This document shows, piece by piece, positions 30,243 to 40,062 of a stretch of 64,000 bases of DNA. Position numbers and translations under genes: made by a program. A model generated the notes under the pieces. The model did not search any database, was not told where the DNA came from, and saw only the letters and a program-made list of their open reading frames with translations. Source of the stretch: Candidatus Methylomirabilota bacterium (GTDB lineage Bacteria > Methylomirabilota > Methylomirabilia > Rokubacteriales > CSP1-6); the NCBI GenBank assembly GCA_046726415.1, contig JBKPAK010000008.1, positions 64,766-128,765 on the forward strand, read 5' to 3'. Position 1 is the first letter of the stretch. Every line of letters starts with the position of its first letter.

Positions 30243-31033
30243 GGGAACACCGAGCCCATGACGTAGTCCCACAGGAGGATGAGCACGGAGGCGAGCACCA
30301 CGGTCTGGGTGGTGGCGCGCGCCACGCCCTCGGCACCGTGTCCGACGTAGAACCCCTTGTAGGTGGCCACCCAGGTGACGATCACGCCGAAGCAGAGGGA
30401 CTTCCAGAAGCCAGTCAGGATGTCGTCGAGGTCGACGAAGGTCTGCATCTCGCCGAAATACGTCCCGCTTGAGAGTCCCAACAGCTCGACCGCCACCAGG
30501 TGCCCGCCAAGGATGCCCACCGTGTCGAAGATGGCCGTGATCAGGGGGAACGTCACCACCCCGGCCAGAATGGACGGGGTGACGAGATAGCGCATGGGAT
30601 TGAGGGCCATGACCATGAGGGCGTCGATCTGCTCGGTGATGCGCATGATCCCGATCTCGGCGGTCAGGGCCGAGCCCGCCCGTCCCGTCACCATGAGCGC
30701 GGCCAGGACGGGCCCCAGTTCCCGGAGCAGCGAGATGGCCAGAGCAGGTCCCAGCCACGCTTCGGACCCGAAACGGCTCAAGGTGAGGTAGAGCTGCAGC
30801 GCGAGCACCATGCCCGTGAAGCCGCCCGTCAAGACGATGACCAGGAGCGACCTGAACCCGATGAAGTGCACGCGGTGGAGGAAGGCATTGAACCTCGGCG
30901 GCGTCGTCACGGTGATCAGCAGGGCTTCGCCCATGAAGGTGCCGAAACGACCCAGAGCCAGGACGATGTCGATGGCCTTGCGCCCGAGCGCCTCCACCGG
31001 GCGCAAGGGAAGCGGAAGCGGCGCCTCCGTCAT
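30239..31033 (-). CDS. mlaE: ABC permease MlaE
   Basis: RELGPVLAALMVTGRAGS, EIGIMRITEQIDAL, GAEGVARATT; ATGA overlap with shc. Confidence 0.88.
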   Translation of the reverse strand: MTEAPLPLPLRPVEALGRKAIDIVLALGRFGTFMGEALLITVTTPPRFNAFLHRVHFIGFRSLLVIVLTGGFTGMVLALQLYLTLSRFGSEAWLGPALAISLLRELGPVLAALMVTGRAGSALTAEIGIMRITEQIDALMVMALNPMRYLVTPSILAGVVTFPLITAIFDTVGILGGHLVAVELLGLSSGTYFGEMQTFVDLDDILTGFWKSLCFGVIVTWVATYKGFYVGHGAEGVARATTQTVVLASVLILLWDYVMGSVFP

Positions 31034-32931
31034 GCAGCGGTGCTTCGATACACGCCCAGAGCCCAGAGGGGGAAGTACTTTGCATAATAGTGGTACTTGA
31101 GGAAGAAGACGCGCGGGAAGCCCGTGCCGTTCCACAACGGGTCGACCCAGGCGCCGTCGGGCCGCTGTGTCCGCAGGAGATACGCGACACCGCGCTCGAC
31201 GGCGGCCCCCCCGCGCACGCCGGCGGCGAACAAGGCTAGGAGGGCCCACGCGGTTTGGCTCGGAATCGAGGGCCCGATCCCCGCCACCTCGGGGCGCCAG
31301 TAGCTGGCACATGACTCGCCCCAACCACCGTCGTCGTTCTGTCGGCCCTCGAGCCAGCGGACAGCCCGCTGGATGTACTCCTGGCGCGGATCCTCGCCGA
31401 TGGCCCGAAGCCCGCGCAGGACCGACCATGTCCCGTAGATGTAGTTCACGCCCCAGCGCCCGTACCACGGACCATCGTGCCGCTGGGCTCGGCGAATCCA
31501 GCCGATAGCCCGCGCCGCGGGCTCCAAGCTGGCCGACATCCCGAGCGTGCCCATCACCTCGAGCACGCGTCCGGTGATGTCGGCGGTGGGAGGGTCGAGC
31601 AGGGCGCCGTGATCGGCAAAGGGAATGTTGTTGAGATAGAGACGGTTGTTGTCGGCCTCGAACGAGGCCCAGCCGCCGTCCTCGCACTGCATGGCCAGCA
31701 CCCAGCCCATCCCGCGTTCCTTGGCCAGGCGCGTGCGGTCCGGATCGAGACCGTGCAGCTTCTGAAGGGCCATGAGCACGACGGCGGTGTCGTCGACGTC
31801 AGGGTGAAAGTCGTTGCCGTACTGGAAGGCCCAGCCCCCGGGCGGAGCGTGCGGGCGCTTGACCTGCCAGTCTCCCCGCACGAGGATCTGCCGTTCGAGC
31901 ATCCACTCGCCGGCCCGCAGAAGCCCGGGGTGATCGGGCGAGAGCCCGCTCTCCACGAGGGCGTTCGCTGCGAGACACGTGTCCCACACCGGCGACGGGC
32001 ACGGCTGATAGCGGATCTCATCGCCCTCCTCGACCGCGAGGGCCTCGATCTCCTTGAGCTGACCGGCCACGAGTGGGTGATCGTCACTGTAGCCGAGCAG
32101 TTGCATGGCGAGCACGGCGTTGGTCATGGCCGGGAAGATCCCGCCCAAGCCGCCGGCGACGCCCAGCCGCTCCTCGAGCCATTGGCGCGCCGCCTCCACG
32201 GCGCGCCGGCGCAAGGGGCGCGGTGAGAATCGGTCCCAGATCTTCATCCCATCGTCGACGGCGATGAAGAAGTTCTTCCAGAAGAGATCGTGCCATCGGA
32301 AGGGTGCCGGCCAGCGCGGAAAGCGCAGGCTGGCCTTCTCTCGGGGCTCGGGCCACAACTCGTCCAGGCCGATCTGACGGGGCAGCCAGGTGACGGGCTT
32401 GCGGTCCAGGATGACGAGGAGCGGTACGATGACCGTCCGCGACCAATACGACACCTCGTAGATGTTGAAGAGGAAGAAGGGCGCCGGCAGCAGCATGATC
32501 TCGACGGGCATGGCCGGCACGCCGTTCCAGTCGTACTCGCCGAACAGGGCGAGGAGGATCTTGGTGAACACATTGGCCTTGACCGGACCGCCCATGGCCA
32601 GGATGCGCGCGCGGGCGCGGAGCATCGCCGGATCATCGACGGGCACTCCCGCCATCTTCATGGCGAAGTACGCCTTGATGGTGGCGGACAGATTCGCCGG
32701 CCCCTGCTCGTAGAGACTGAAGCCCCCGTCGGGCAACTGGCGCCGCCGCAGGTAGCGAACCATCCGCACCTCGCGGTGGCGCTGCACGCGGTCGATCAGA
32801 TGGCAGAAGAGCAAGTACTCACTGGTGATGGTGGCGTCGGCTTCCACCTCGCCGACCCAGTGGCCATCGGGCTGCTGGTGCGCGAGGAGATGATCTTGGG
32901 CGCGGTCGATTGCAGCGTCCAGCGTGGTCAC
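31030..32931 (-). CDS. shc: Squalene-hopene cyclase
   Basis: DVDDTA catalytic motif; QW repeats (QPDGHW, QNDDGGWGE, QRPDGAW); GTGFP. Confidence 0.95.
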   Translation of the reverse strand: MTTLDAAIDRAQDHLLAHQQPDGHWVGEVEADATITSEYLLFCHLIDRVQRHREVRMVRYLRRRQLPDGGFSLYEQGPANLSATIKAYFAMKMAGVPVDDPAMLRARARILAMGGPVKANVFTKILLALFGEYDWNGVPAMPVEIMLLPAPFFLFNIYEVSYWSRTVIVPLLVILDRKPVTWLPRQIGLDELWPEPREKASLRFPRWPAPFRWHDLFWKNFFIAVDDGMKIWDRFSPRPLRRRAVEAARQWLEERLGVAGGLGGIFPAMTNAVLAMQLLGYSDDHPLVAGQLKEIEALAVEEGDEIRYQPCPSPVWDTCLAANALVESGLSPDHPGLLRAGEWMLERQILVRGDWQVKRPHAPPGGWAFQYGNDFHPDVDDTAVVLMALQKLHGLDPDRTRLAKERGMGWVLAMQCEDGGWASFEADNNRLYLNNIPFADHGALLDPPTADITGRVLEVMGTLGMSASLEPAARAIGWIRRAQRHDGPWYGRWGVNYIYGTWSVLRGLRAIGEDPRQEYIQRAVRWLEGRQNDDGGWGESCASYWRPEVAGIGPSIPSQTAWALLALFAAGVRGGAAVERGVAYLLRTQRPDGAWVDPLWNGTGFPRVFFLKYHYYAKYFPLWALGVYRSTAA

Positions 32932-32969
32932 GACCAATAATGCTAACATGATGGGAGAACGTTCAGGAC

Positions 32970-33710
32970 ATGGAGCTCATCCTCAGCACCCTTCTCCTCC
33001 GTCCCTACGTCTTCGGCTTCCTCCTCGCCTTTGCCGTTTCGGCCGGTACCGATCTCGGCTGGCCCCGGATGGCGCTCTTCGCCGCGTGCGTGTGGCCGGT
33101 GGCGTGGGTGGCGGAATTCGCCTCCACCCGGGTGGGCTTTCCCTTCGGGCTTTATCACTACACGGAGCACACGCGCGGGCAGGAGCTCTACCTCGGCAAC
33201 GTGCCCTTCTTCGATTCTCTGTCCTTCGTCTTCCTCGCCTACGCCGCCTTCTGCCTCGCCCGCGTGGTGCTGGGCCGCCAGCGGGCAACCGGACTCCGCC
33301 TGGCCCTGCTGACCGGCGTACTGATGATGCTGCTCGACGTGGTGATCGACCCCCTGGCCGTCCGCGGCGATCGGTGGTTTCTCGGGCGGATCTTCTACTA
33401 CCCAGAGGGTGGAATGTACTTCGGCGTCCCGCTCTCGAACTTCGCCGGCTGGGTAATCGTGGGTGTTGTCGGAGCGGCGACCTATCTGGTGAGTGCCGGC
33501 GCGCCCGCGGAAGGGCGTCCGTGGACAGGCGTCGCGCTATACTACGCGGTGCTGGCCTTCAACCTGATCGTGACGCTCTACATCGGCGAGTGGATCTTGG
33601 CGAGCGCTGGACTGGCGGTACACGCGGCGGTGGGCGTGGCGCTGGCCACGGTGGCCCCGCGTGACGAAGGCCGCACTCGCCTGGGAAGGAAGGAACTTCA
33701 GGGCGTATGA
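32970..33710 (+). CDS. CruF/DUF422-family membrane protein (carotenoid hydratase-like)
   Basis: [29 protein letters not shown]. Confidence 0.75.
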   Translation: MELILSTLLLRPYVFGFLLAFAVSAGTDLGWPRMALFAACVWPVAWVAEFASTRVGFPFGLYHYTEHTRGQELYLGNVPFFDSLSFVFLAYAAFCLARVVLGRQRATGLRLALLTGVLMMLLDVVIDPLAVRGDRWFLGRIFYYPEGGMYFGVPLSNFAGWVIVGVVGAATYLVSAGAPAEGRPWTGVALYYAVLAFNLIVTLYIGEWILASAGLAVHAAVGVALATVAPRDEGRTRLGRKELQGV

Positions 33711-34726
33711 GTGTGCCGCTCTCTCAGATGTGGACGGTCGCCACCTATGTGCTTCGCCAGAAATTGAAGGGTCGGAAGCGCTACCCGTTGGTGCTGATGC
33801 TGGAGCCGCTCTTCCGCTGCAATTTGGCCTGCGCCGGCTGCGGCAAGATCCAGTACCCCGCGCACATCCTCAAGAAGCACCTGACCGTGGAGCAATGCCT
33901 GCGCGCCGTGGACGAGTGCGGGGCGCCCATGGTGTCGATTCCCGGGGGCGAACCGCTGATGTATCCCGAGATCGAGCGCCTGGTCGACCAGCTAGTGGCG
34001 CGCAAGAAGTATGTCTACCTCTGCACCAACGCCATTCTCCTGAAGGCGAAGCTGGAGGCGGGCCTCTTCACACCGTCCCGATATCTGAGCTTCAGTGTCC
34101 ATATGGACGGGTTGCGCGAGGAGCACGACGACGCGGTCTGCCGCGAGGGCGTTTTCGACCAGGCCGTCGAGGCCATCCAGGAAGCCGTGCGGCGAGGCTT
34201 CCGAGTGACCACCAACTCCACGCTCTTCGACGGCGCTTCGCCCATGCGGATGCGGAGGTTCTTCGACGAGATGATGGAGCTCGGGGTGGAGGGCATGATG
34301 CTCTCGCCGGGCTATAGCTACGCCAAGGCCCCCGACCAGGAGCACTTCCTCCGGCGCCAAAAGACCCACGAGCTGTTCGGGGCGATGCTGTCCCAACCCG
34401 AGAAGCGCTGGAAGTTCAACCAATCCCCCATCTTTCTCCAGTTCCTGATGGGCAAGCGTGACTTCGAGTGCACGCCGTGGGGCAATCCCACGTACAACAT
34501 CTTCGGGTGGCAGCGCCCGTGCTACCTCCTGCAAGAGGGCTACGCGGCGACCTTCGAGGAATTGATGACGACCACGCCGTGGGAGCAGTACGGTCGGCGC
34601 AGCGGCAACGAGAAGTGCCGGGACTGCATGGTCCACTGCGGATACGAGCCCACCGCCGTGGACTACACCTTCAGTTCCTGGCGCGGGTTCCGCGAGACCG
34701 TCGCCGCCACCTTCGACAAGCTCTGA
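33707..34726 (+). CDS. hpnH: Adenosylhopane synthase (radical SAM)
   Basis: [39 protein letters not shown]. Confidence 0.93.
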   Translation: MSVPLSQMWTVATYVLRQKLKGRKRYPLVLMLEPLFRCNLACAGCGKIQYPAHILKKHLTVEQCLRAVDECGAPMVSIPGGEPLMYPEIERLVDQLVARKKYVYLCTNAILLKAKLEAGLFTPSRYLSFSVHMDGLREEHDDAVCREGVFDQAVEAIQEAVRRGFRVTTNSTLFDGASPMRMRRFFDEMMELGVEGMMLSPGYSYAKAPDQEHFLRRQKTHELFGAMLSQPEKRWKFNQSPIFLQFLMGKRDFECTPWGNPTYNIFGWQRPCYLLQEGYAATFEELMTTTPWEQYGRRSGNEKCRDCMVHCGYEPTAVDYTFSSWRGFRETVAATFDKL

Positions 34727-34903
34727 GGCGCGGGTCGGCCGATGAACAAGGACCATCTGCATCGCTGGCTCGTCGGGCGCTCCCTGCGGTGCTTGTCGGC
34801 CACCCGCGGGCAGGGGGTGGGGACATCGACGGGAGCCCAGCTTCGCCGGGGCCTGACCAAAGTCGCGCGGCGCGGGGGCCCGAGCTAGGCCCCATCGTCC
34901 CTC

Positions 34904-35266
34904 ATGCCGGAGCACACGTCGCTCGAGGGCTGGACACCGGACATCACCGACCCCGCGATCCTCGCCGATGTCGTGGACAAGGCCTTCGACTATCGCGGGG
35001 ACGTCACCATCATCACCCGCGACGGCGCGCGCCGGGTGGGGTACGTGTTCAACCGCCGGTCGGACGTGGCCGCGCCGTTCATCCAAATGTTCCCGGCCGC
35101 CGGCGGTGGCCCCGAGCACATCACCTATGCGGAGATCCAGAGCATCGCGTTTAGCGGCCGGGACACGGCGGCCGGAAACTCCTACGCGGCCTGGTTGAAG
35201 CGCAAGGAGGCCGAGCGCACCGGCCCGGAGGCCTCTTCCGACGGATCGCCTTCCGAGGGCGCGTGA
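34904..35266 (+). CDS. Hypothetical protein in hopanoid cluster
   Basis: 120 aa ORF with GC-rich third positions (AFDYRGDVTI..GYVFNR); GTGA overlap with hpnG. Confidence 0.7.
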   Translation: MPEHTSLEGWTPDITDPAILADVVDKAFDYRGDVTIITRDGARRVGYVFNRRSDVAAPFIQMFPAAGGGPEHITYAEIQSIAFSGRDTAAGNSYAAWLKRKEAERTGPEASSDGSPSEGA

Positions 35267-36033
35267 GCGGTATCCTCGTCGTCACCGCGGTGGACATCGA
35301 GACGCGCGGGCTCGCCCGCCGCCTCGGCCTCGCCCGCGCCTCTGACGTCGAACATCTCCGATACCGCGGCGACGACCTGGAGATCGTGTGCGCGGGTCCC
35401 CGCGCGGCGCGACTGCCCCAGCTCACCCCACTTTCGCCAAGCGTCTCCCTGGTCGTGTCGGCCGGCACCTGCGGTGCCCTCGCCCCGCATCTGAGCGAAG
35501 GCGACCTCGTGGTGCCGGAGATCGTGCTGACCTCGCAGGGGCAGCGCTTGCGGATGTCCGCCACGCCCGGGCTCCAGCAGTGGGGCAGCCTCCTGAGCGT
35601 CGACCGCGTGGTGGAGACGGCCGAGGCCAAGGCGCGCCTCTGGGAAGAAACGGCCGCTCTCGCCATCGACATGGAATCCGCCGCCGTCCTCGCCTGGACC
35701 CAAGCCCTCGGCGTCCCCGCCATCGCGATACGCGGCGTGTCTGACGCGGCCAATCGCGCTGTCCCCGCCGCCCTCGCTGCCCTCGTCGACAGTGAAGGGA
35801 GAACGCGCATGGTTCGCGCCGTGCGGACGGTCTTCGCCCATCCGCGGACGCTGCCCCACGCCCTGGCCCTCCGCCGGGGCACGGCGGCCGCGCTCCGAAG
35901 GGTCGCCACCGCGGTGCGTGTCCTCACGGCCGCGCGCAACTCCACCGAGATCCGCGATGAGCAAATAGGACGTGGGCCGAGCGGGTGGCGCGCGGGGACG
36001 CACGGCGAGCGCCTCGGCCCGAGCTGCCGATGA
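35263..36033 (+). CDS. hpnG: Nucleoside phosphorylase, adenosylhopane nucleosidase-like
   Basis: SAGTCGAL, AIDMESAA, IRGVSD; next to hpnH. Confidence 0.75.
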   Translation: MSGILVVTAVDIETRGLARRLGLARASDVEHLRYRGDDLEIVCAGPRAARLPQLTPLSPSVSLVVSAGTCGALAPHLSEGDLVVPEIVLTSQGQRLRMSATPGLQQWGSLLSVDRVVETAEAKARLWEETAALAIDMESAAVLAWTQALGVPAIAIRGVSDAANRAVPAALAALVDSEGRTRMVRAVRTVFAHPRTLPHALALRRGTAAALRRVATAVRVLTAARNSTEIRDEQIGRGPSGWRAGTHGERLGPSCR

Positions 36034-36120
36034 GCAACCAAGGCCGGACCCGGACGGGTGGCGCTCGGGGCGTCCCGCCCGCGAGGGGCCGAGGGTCGTT
36101 CATGGCCGATTCCGACTGAG

Positions 36121-37143
36121 ATGGACGCCCTGGTCACGGGTGGCACGGGTTTCATCGGCGCAAATGTCGTCCGCGAGCTCCTTCGCGCCGGCGCGACGGT
36201 GCGCGTCCTCGCGCGAGGCTCGAGCGACCGCCGGGCGCTGGCCGACCTCCCCGTCGAGATCGCGGAAGGCGATTTGCGCGACCGCGCGTCGCTGAGCCGT
36301 GCAGCGGTCGGTGTGCGCCAGGTCTACCACGTGGCCGCCGATTACCGGTTGTGGACGCCCGATCCTCGGGAAATCTACCGCGCCAACGTCGAGGGTACCC
36401 GGACCATCCTCGAGGTCGCCGCCGAGGCTGGCGCGCAGCGAATCGTTCATACCTCGAGCGTGGGCGCACTGGGCATCCCCAAGGACGGCTCATCGGGGAC
36501 CGAGGACACGCCCGTCTCCCTCCAGAGCATGATCGGCCACTACAAGCGCTCGAAATTTCTCGCCGAGCGTGCGGCCATCGAGCTGGCCGCCAAGGGTGTG
36601 CCCGTGGTGATCGTGAATCCCTCGGCCCCGGTCGGGCCGTGGGATGTGAAGCCCACGCCCACCGGGCAGATGGTGGTGGATTTCATGTGCGGGAGGATGT
36701 TCGCGACCATGGACACCGGTCTCAATCTCGTGCATGTTCGCGACGTCGCCGTCGGCCACCTGCAGGCCGCTCAGCGGGGGACGGTGGGTGAACGCTACAT
36801 CCTGGGGTGCGAGAACGTGTCCCTGGCCGGCATCGGCGTCCTGCTGGCCCAGATCACCGGAATAGAGCCGCCGCGGTGGCGCGTGCCGTACTCCGTGGCG
36901 TGGAGCGGCGCCCTGTGCATCGAGACCGTGGCGCGCCTCCGGGGCGCCACGCCGCGCGTGTCCCTCACCGCCGTCCGCATGGCCCGCAAGCGCATGTACT
37001 TCAGTGCCGCCAAGGCGGTGCGCGAGCTGGGATTGCCGCAGACGGACGTGCGGGAGGCTCTGTACGACGCGGTGGAATGGTTCGCCCGTCACGGCTACGC
37101 CCCCCTGGCGCGGCACAGCATGGCCATCGATCGAGGCGCCTGA
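36121..37143 (+). CDS. hpnA: Hopanoid-associated NAD-dependent epimerase/dehydratase
   Basis: VTGGTGFIG, HVAADYRLW, YKRSK, DVKPTPTG. Confidence 0.88.
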   Translation: MDALVTGGTGFIGANVVRELLRAGATVRVLARGSSDRRALADLPVEIAEGDLRDRASLSRAAVGVRQVYHVAADYRLWTPDPREIYRANVEGTRTILEVAAEAGAQRIVHTSSVGALGIPKDGSSGTEDTPVSLQSMIGHYKRSKFLAERAAIELAAKGVPVVIVNPSAPVGPWDVKPTPTGQMVVDFMCGRMFATMDTGLNLVHVRDVAVGHLQAAQRGTVGERYILGCENVSLAGIGVLLAQITGIEPPRWRVPYSVAWSGALCIETVARLRGATPRVSLTAVRMARKRMYFSAAKAVRELGLPQTDVREALYDAVEWFARHGYAPLARHSMAIDRGA

Positions 37144-38013
37144 GTGGGGCCGGCGGACCTAGTCGCGCGCATCACCCGGCGCAGTCGCTCGAACTTTTAC
37201 TACGGTTTCCTCGCCCTGCCGCGCCCGCGCCGTGAGGCGCTCTATGCGGTGTATGCCTTTTGTCGCACCGTCGACGACATCGCCGACGTCGGCCAGGGGC
37301 GGGGGGACAAGCCAGCGACCCTCCGCCGTGAGCTGGCGTATTGGCGGCAAGAGGTGGCCCGCTGCTTCGGGCCAGACGGCGAGCCCGAGCATCCGATCGC
37401 GCGGCGCCTTCGAGTGGCCGTCCGCACCTTCCCCATCCCCCGCGCCGCCCTGGAGGCCATCATCGACGGGGTGGAGAGCGACCTCGAGCCCCAGTCCTAC
37501 GAGACGCCGGAAGACCTCTATCCCTACTGCTATCGGGTGGCGTCGGCGGTGGGGTTATGCGCCATCGAAATCTTTGGCTACACCGATCCGCGAGCGCGCC
37601 AGTACGCGATCGATCTCGGCACGGCACTGCAGCTCACCAATATCGTGCGCGACGTAGGAGCCGACGCCCAGGCGGGTCGCGTGTACCTGCCGCAGGAGGA
37701 TCTGCGCGCGTTCGGGGTGACGGCGGAGGATCTCCGCGACGGGCGCTACAGTGAGGCCTTCGTGCGCCTCATGGAGCGCGCGGCGGAGCGGGCGCGACAG
37801 TTCTATCGCGCGGCGTGGTCCAGCTATCCGACGACCGATGCGCGATCCCTCGTGCCCGCCGAGATCATGGGCCGGACCTACTTCGCGCTGCTCCGGGAGA
37901 TCGAGGCCCGTCGCTTTCGCGTGTTTGGCGCGCGCATCGCGTTGCCCGCGCGACGCAAGGTCGCGGTGGCGTTCGGATGCTGGTTGCGGGCGCGCTACGT
38001 CCGCGCCGCATGA
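37144..38013 (+). CDS. hpnD: Presqualene diphosphate / squalene-phytoene synthase
   Basis: SNFYYGF, YAFCRTVDDIAD, YCYRVASAVG, QLTNIVRDV, GRVYLP. Confidence 0.85.
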   Translation: MGPADLVARITRRSRSNFYYGFLALPRPRREALYAVYAFCRTVDDIADVGQGRGDKPATLRRELAYWRQEVARCFGPDGEPEHPIARRLRVAVRTFPIPRAALEAIIDGVESDLEPQSYETPEDLYPYCYRVASAVGLCAIEIFGYTDPRARQYAIDLGTALQLTNIVRDVGADAQAGRVYLPQEDLRAFGVTAEDLRDGRYSEAFVRLMERAAERARQFYRAAWSSYPTTDARSLVPAEIMGRTYFALLREIEARRFRVFGARIALPARRKVAVAFGCWLRARYVRAA

Positions 38014-38032
38014 CCCCACCCGGAGCCCGGCC

Positions 38033-39040
38033 ATGAGGGCAGTGGTCCGGCGCGGCGCGGGCGCGCTGGCCGCCGAGGAGTGGCCGTGTCCGGAGATCGG
38101 GGCCGGGGAGCTCCTGCTGCGGCTGCGCGGCTGTGGGCTGTGCGGCTCGGATATTGCCAAGATCGCGGCTCCCCTCGCGACGCATCCCCTCGTCGTGGGC
38201 CACGAGGTGGTGGGCGACGTCGTCGCGGCGGGGACAAGCGCGCCGTTTGCCGTCGGCGAGCGGGTGGTGGCCGCTCATCACGTGCCATGCGGCCATTGCC
38301 ACTACTGCCGTCGCGGCAGCACGTCGATGTGCCGGGTCTTCAAGGCGAGCAATCTCGACCCCGGAGGCTTCGCCGAGTTCGTGCGGGTCCCCGCCGTCAA
38401 CGCCCGTCACGCCACGTTCCGACTCCCCCCGCACGTGAGCGACGAAACTGCCTCGTTCGTGGAGCCGCTGGCCTGCTGCGTCCGCGCGGTCAAGCGGGCT
38501 CGCGTCGAGCCGGGGGACACCGTGGTGGTGGTCGGTCTCGGCTCCATCGGCTGCCTGTTCGTTCAGCTCCTGAAGCGGGCGGGGGCGTTCGTGGCCGGTG
38601 CCGACCTCCTGCCCGCCCGCGCGGCCTTGGCGATCGCCCTGGGAGCCGACGCCGCCGGCAACACCGAGAACGCCGCCGCAGCGGCTCGCCAGGCCAGCGC
38701 AGACCGGGGCGCCGATCACGTCTTCATCACGGGTGGGGGCGGCGCGGTGCTGCCCTGGGCGGCGGGGACGGCCCGCGACGGAGCGTCTATCCACCTCTTC
38801 GCGGGTGGCGGCGGCGACACCCTGCCGCTGGCCCTGCAGACGCTGTACGCGCGCGAGCTGACCGTCACCGCCACGTATTCGTCATCGCCCGCCGAACTGC
38901 GCGAGGCCTTCGATCTCATCGTCGAGGACCGCGTCCGGACGGCCGAGCTCGTCAGTCACCGGGTGCCGCTGGCTCGGCTGGCCGAGGGCGTCGCTCTCGT
39001 GCAGCGCCACCAGGCGCTCAAGGTCTACGTCACGCCGTGA
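38033..39040 (+). CDS. Zinc-dependent (MDR) dehydrogenase
   Basis: CGLCGSD, GHE, CGHCHYC....C, GLGSIG. Confidence 0.85.
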   Translation: MRAVVRRGAGALAAEEWPCPEIGAGELLLRLRGCGLCGSDIAKIAAPLATHPLVVGHEVVGDVVAAGTSAPFAVGERVVAAHHVPCGHCHYCRRGSTSMCRVFKASNLDPGGFAEFVRVPAVNARHATFRLPPHVSDETASFVEPLACCVRAVKRARVEPGDTVVVVGLGSIGCLFVQLLKRAGAFVAGADLLPARAALAIALGADAAGNTENAAAAARQASADRGADHVFITGGGGAVLPWAAGTARDGASIHLFAGGGGDTLPLALQTLYARELTVTATYSSSPAELREAFDLIVEDRVRTAELVSHRVPLARLAEGVALVQRHQALKVYVTP

Positions 39041-40062
39041 GGGCGATGGTCTTCCACGGGCCGGGCGACCTTCGCTACGAGGAGGTCCCCGCCCCATGGC
39101 CCGCGCGGGGCGGACTCGTCGTGAAGATCGAAGCGGCCCTCACCTGTGGCACCGACGTCAAGACGCTTCGCCGAGGACACCCGGTGATGATTCCCCGGGT
39201 GCCGACCGTGTTCGGCCACGAGTTCGCGGGCGTGGTCAGCGCCGTCGGCGCGGGCGTCACGCAGTTCCGCGAGGGCGATCGCGTCGTGGCCGCGAACTCC
39301 GCCCCGTGCGGACGGTGTCCCTCGTGCGGGTGCGGGCGCCCCAACCTCTGCGAGGATCTCCTCTTCGTCAACGGCGCCTACGGTGAGTTCATTGCCCTGC
39401 CTCCGCGCCTGGTGGTGGCCAACACCGTGCGCCTCGCCGACGGCGTGCCCGCCGCGCGCGCGGCCTTCGCGGAACCGCTGGCCTGCGCGCTCCTGGCCAT
39501 CGAACGCGCGAACGTCCAGGCCGGACAGACGGTCGCCGTCCTCGGGCATGGCCCGCTGGGGTGCCTGCTGGCCATGGTGGCGGCCGGGCGAAGGGCCCGG
39601 GTCATCGTGGTCGGACGCGCCGGATGGCGGCTCGCCCGCGTGCAGGCGCTTGGCCTCGGGGAGTGCGTCGACGCCTCGGCCTCGGCAGACCCGGCGGCGG
39701 AGATTCGCGCGCTGACCGGGGGGCGCGGGGCCGAGGTGACCATCGACGCCACCGGACGTCCTGACGTATGGGAACAAGCCGTGAATACCGTGGGTCGCGG
39801 GGGCTGTGTGGTATTTTTTGGAGGGTGTGCGCCGGGAACGAGGATCGAGCTCGACACCCGCCGCGTGCACTATGAGGAGTTGGCGCTTCTCGGCGCGTTC
39901 CACCACACTCCGGAGACCATCCGGCGGGCGGTGGCTCTGGTGCAGTCCGGGGCGTTGCAGCCCGACGGGCTCATCACCCATCGCATGGCGTTGTCCGCCG
40001 TAAAGGAGGCACTGGATCTGATGGCGAGGAGTGAGGCGCTCAAGGTGTTGATAGAGCCGTGA
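39037..40062 (+). CDS. Zinc-dependent (MDR) dehydrogenase
   Basis: TCGTD, FGHE, CGRCPSC....LC, GHGPLG; GTGA overlap. Confidence 0.85.
   Translation: MRAMVFHGPGDLRYEEVPAPWPARGGLVVKIEAALTCGTDVKTLRRGHPVMIPRVPTVFGHEFAGVVSAVGAGVTQFREGDRVVAANSAPCGRCPSCGCGRPNLCEDLLFVNGAYGEFIALPPRLVVANTVRLADGVPAARAAFAEPLACALLAIERANVQAGQTVAVLGHGPLGCLLAMVAAGRRARVIVVGRAGWRLARVQALGLGECVDASASADPAAEIRALTGGRGAEVTIDATGRPDVWEQAVNTVGRGGCVVFFGGCAPGTRIELDTRRVHYEELALLGAFHHTPETIRRAVALVQSGALQPDGLITHRMALSAVKEALDLMARSEALKVLIEP

Noticed and set aside
34742-34888. 48-codon ORF (MNKDHLHRWLVGRSLRCL...) after hpnH
   Set aside because: No clear RBS, weak codon bias and no recognisable family; cannot be supported
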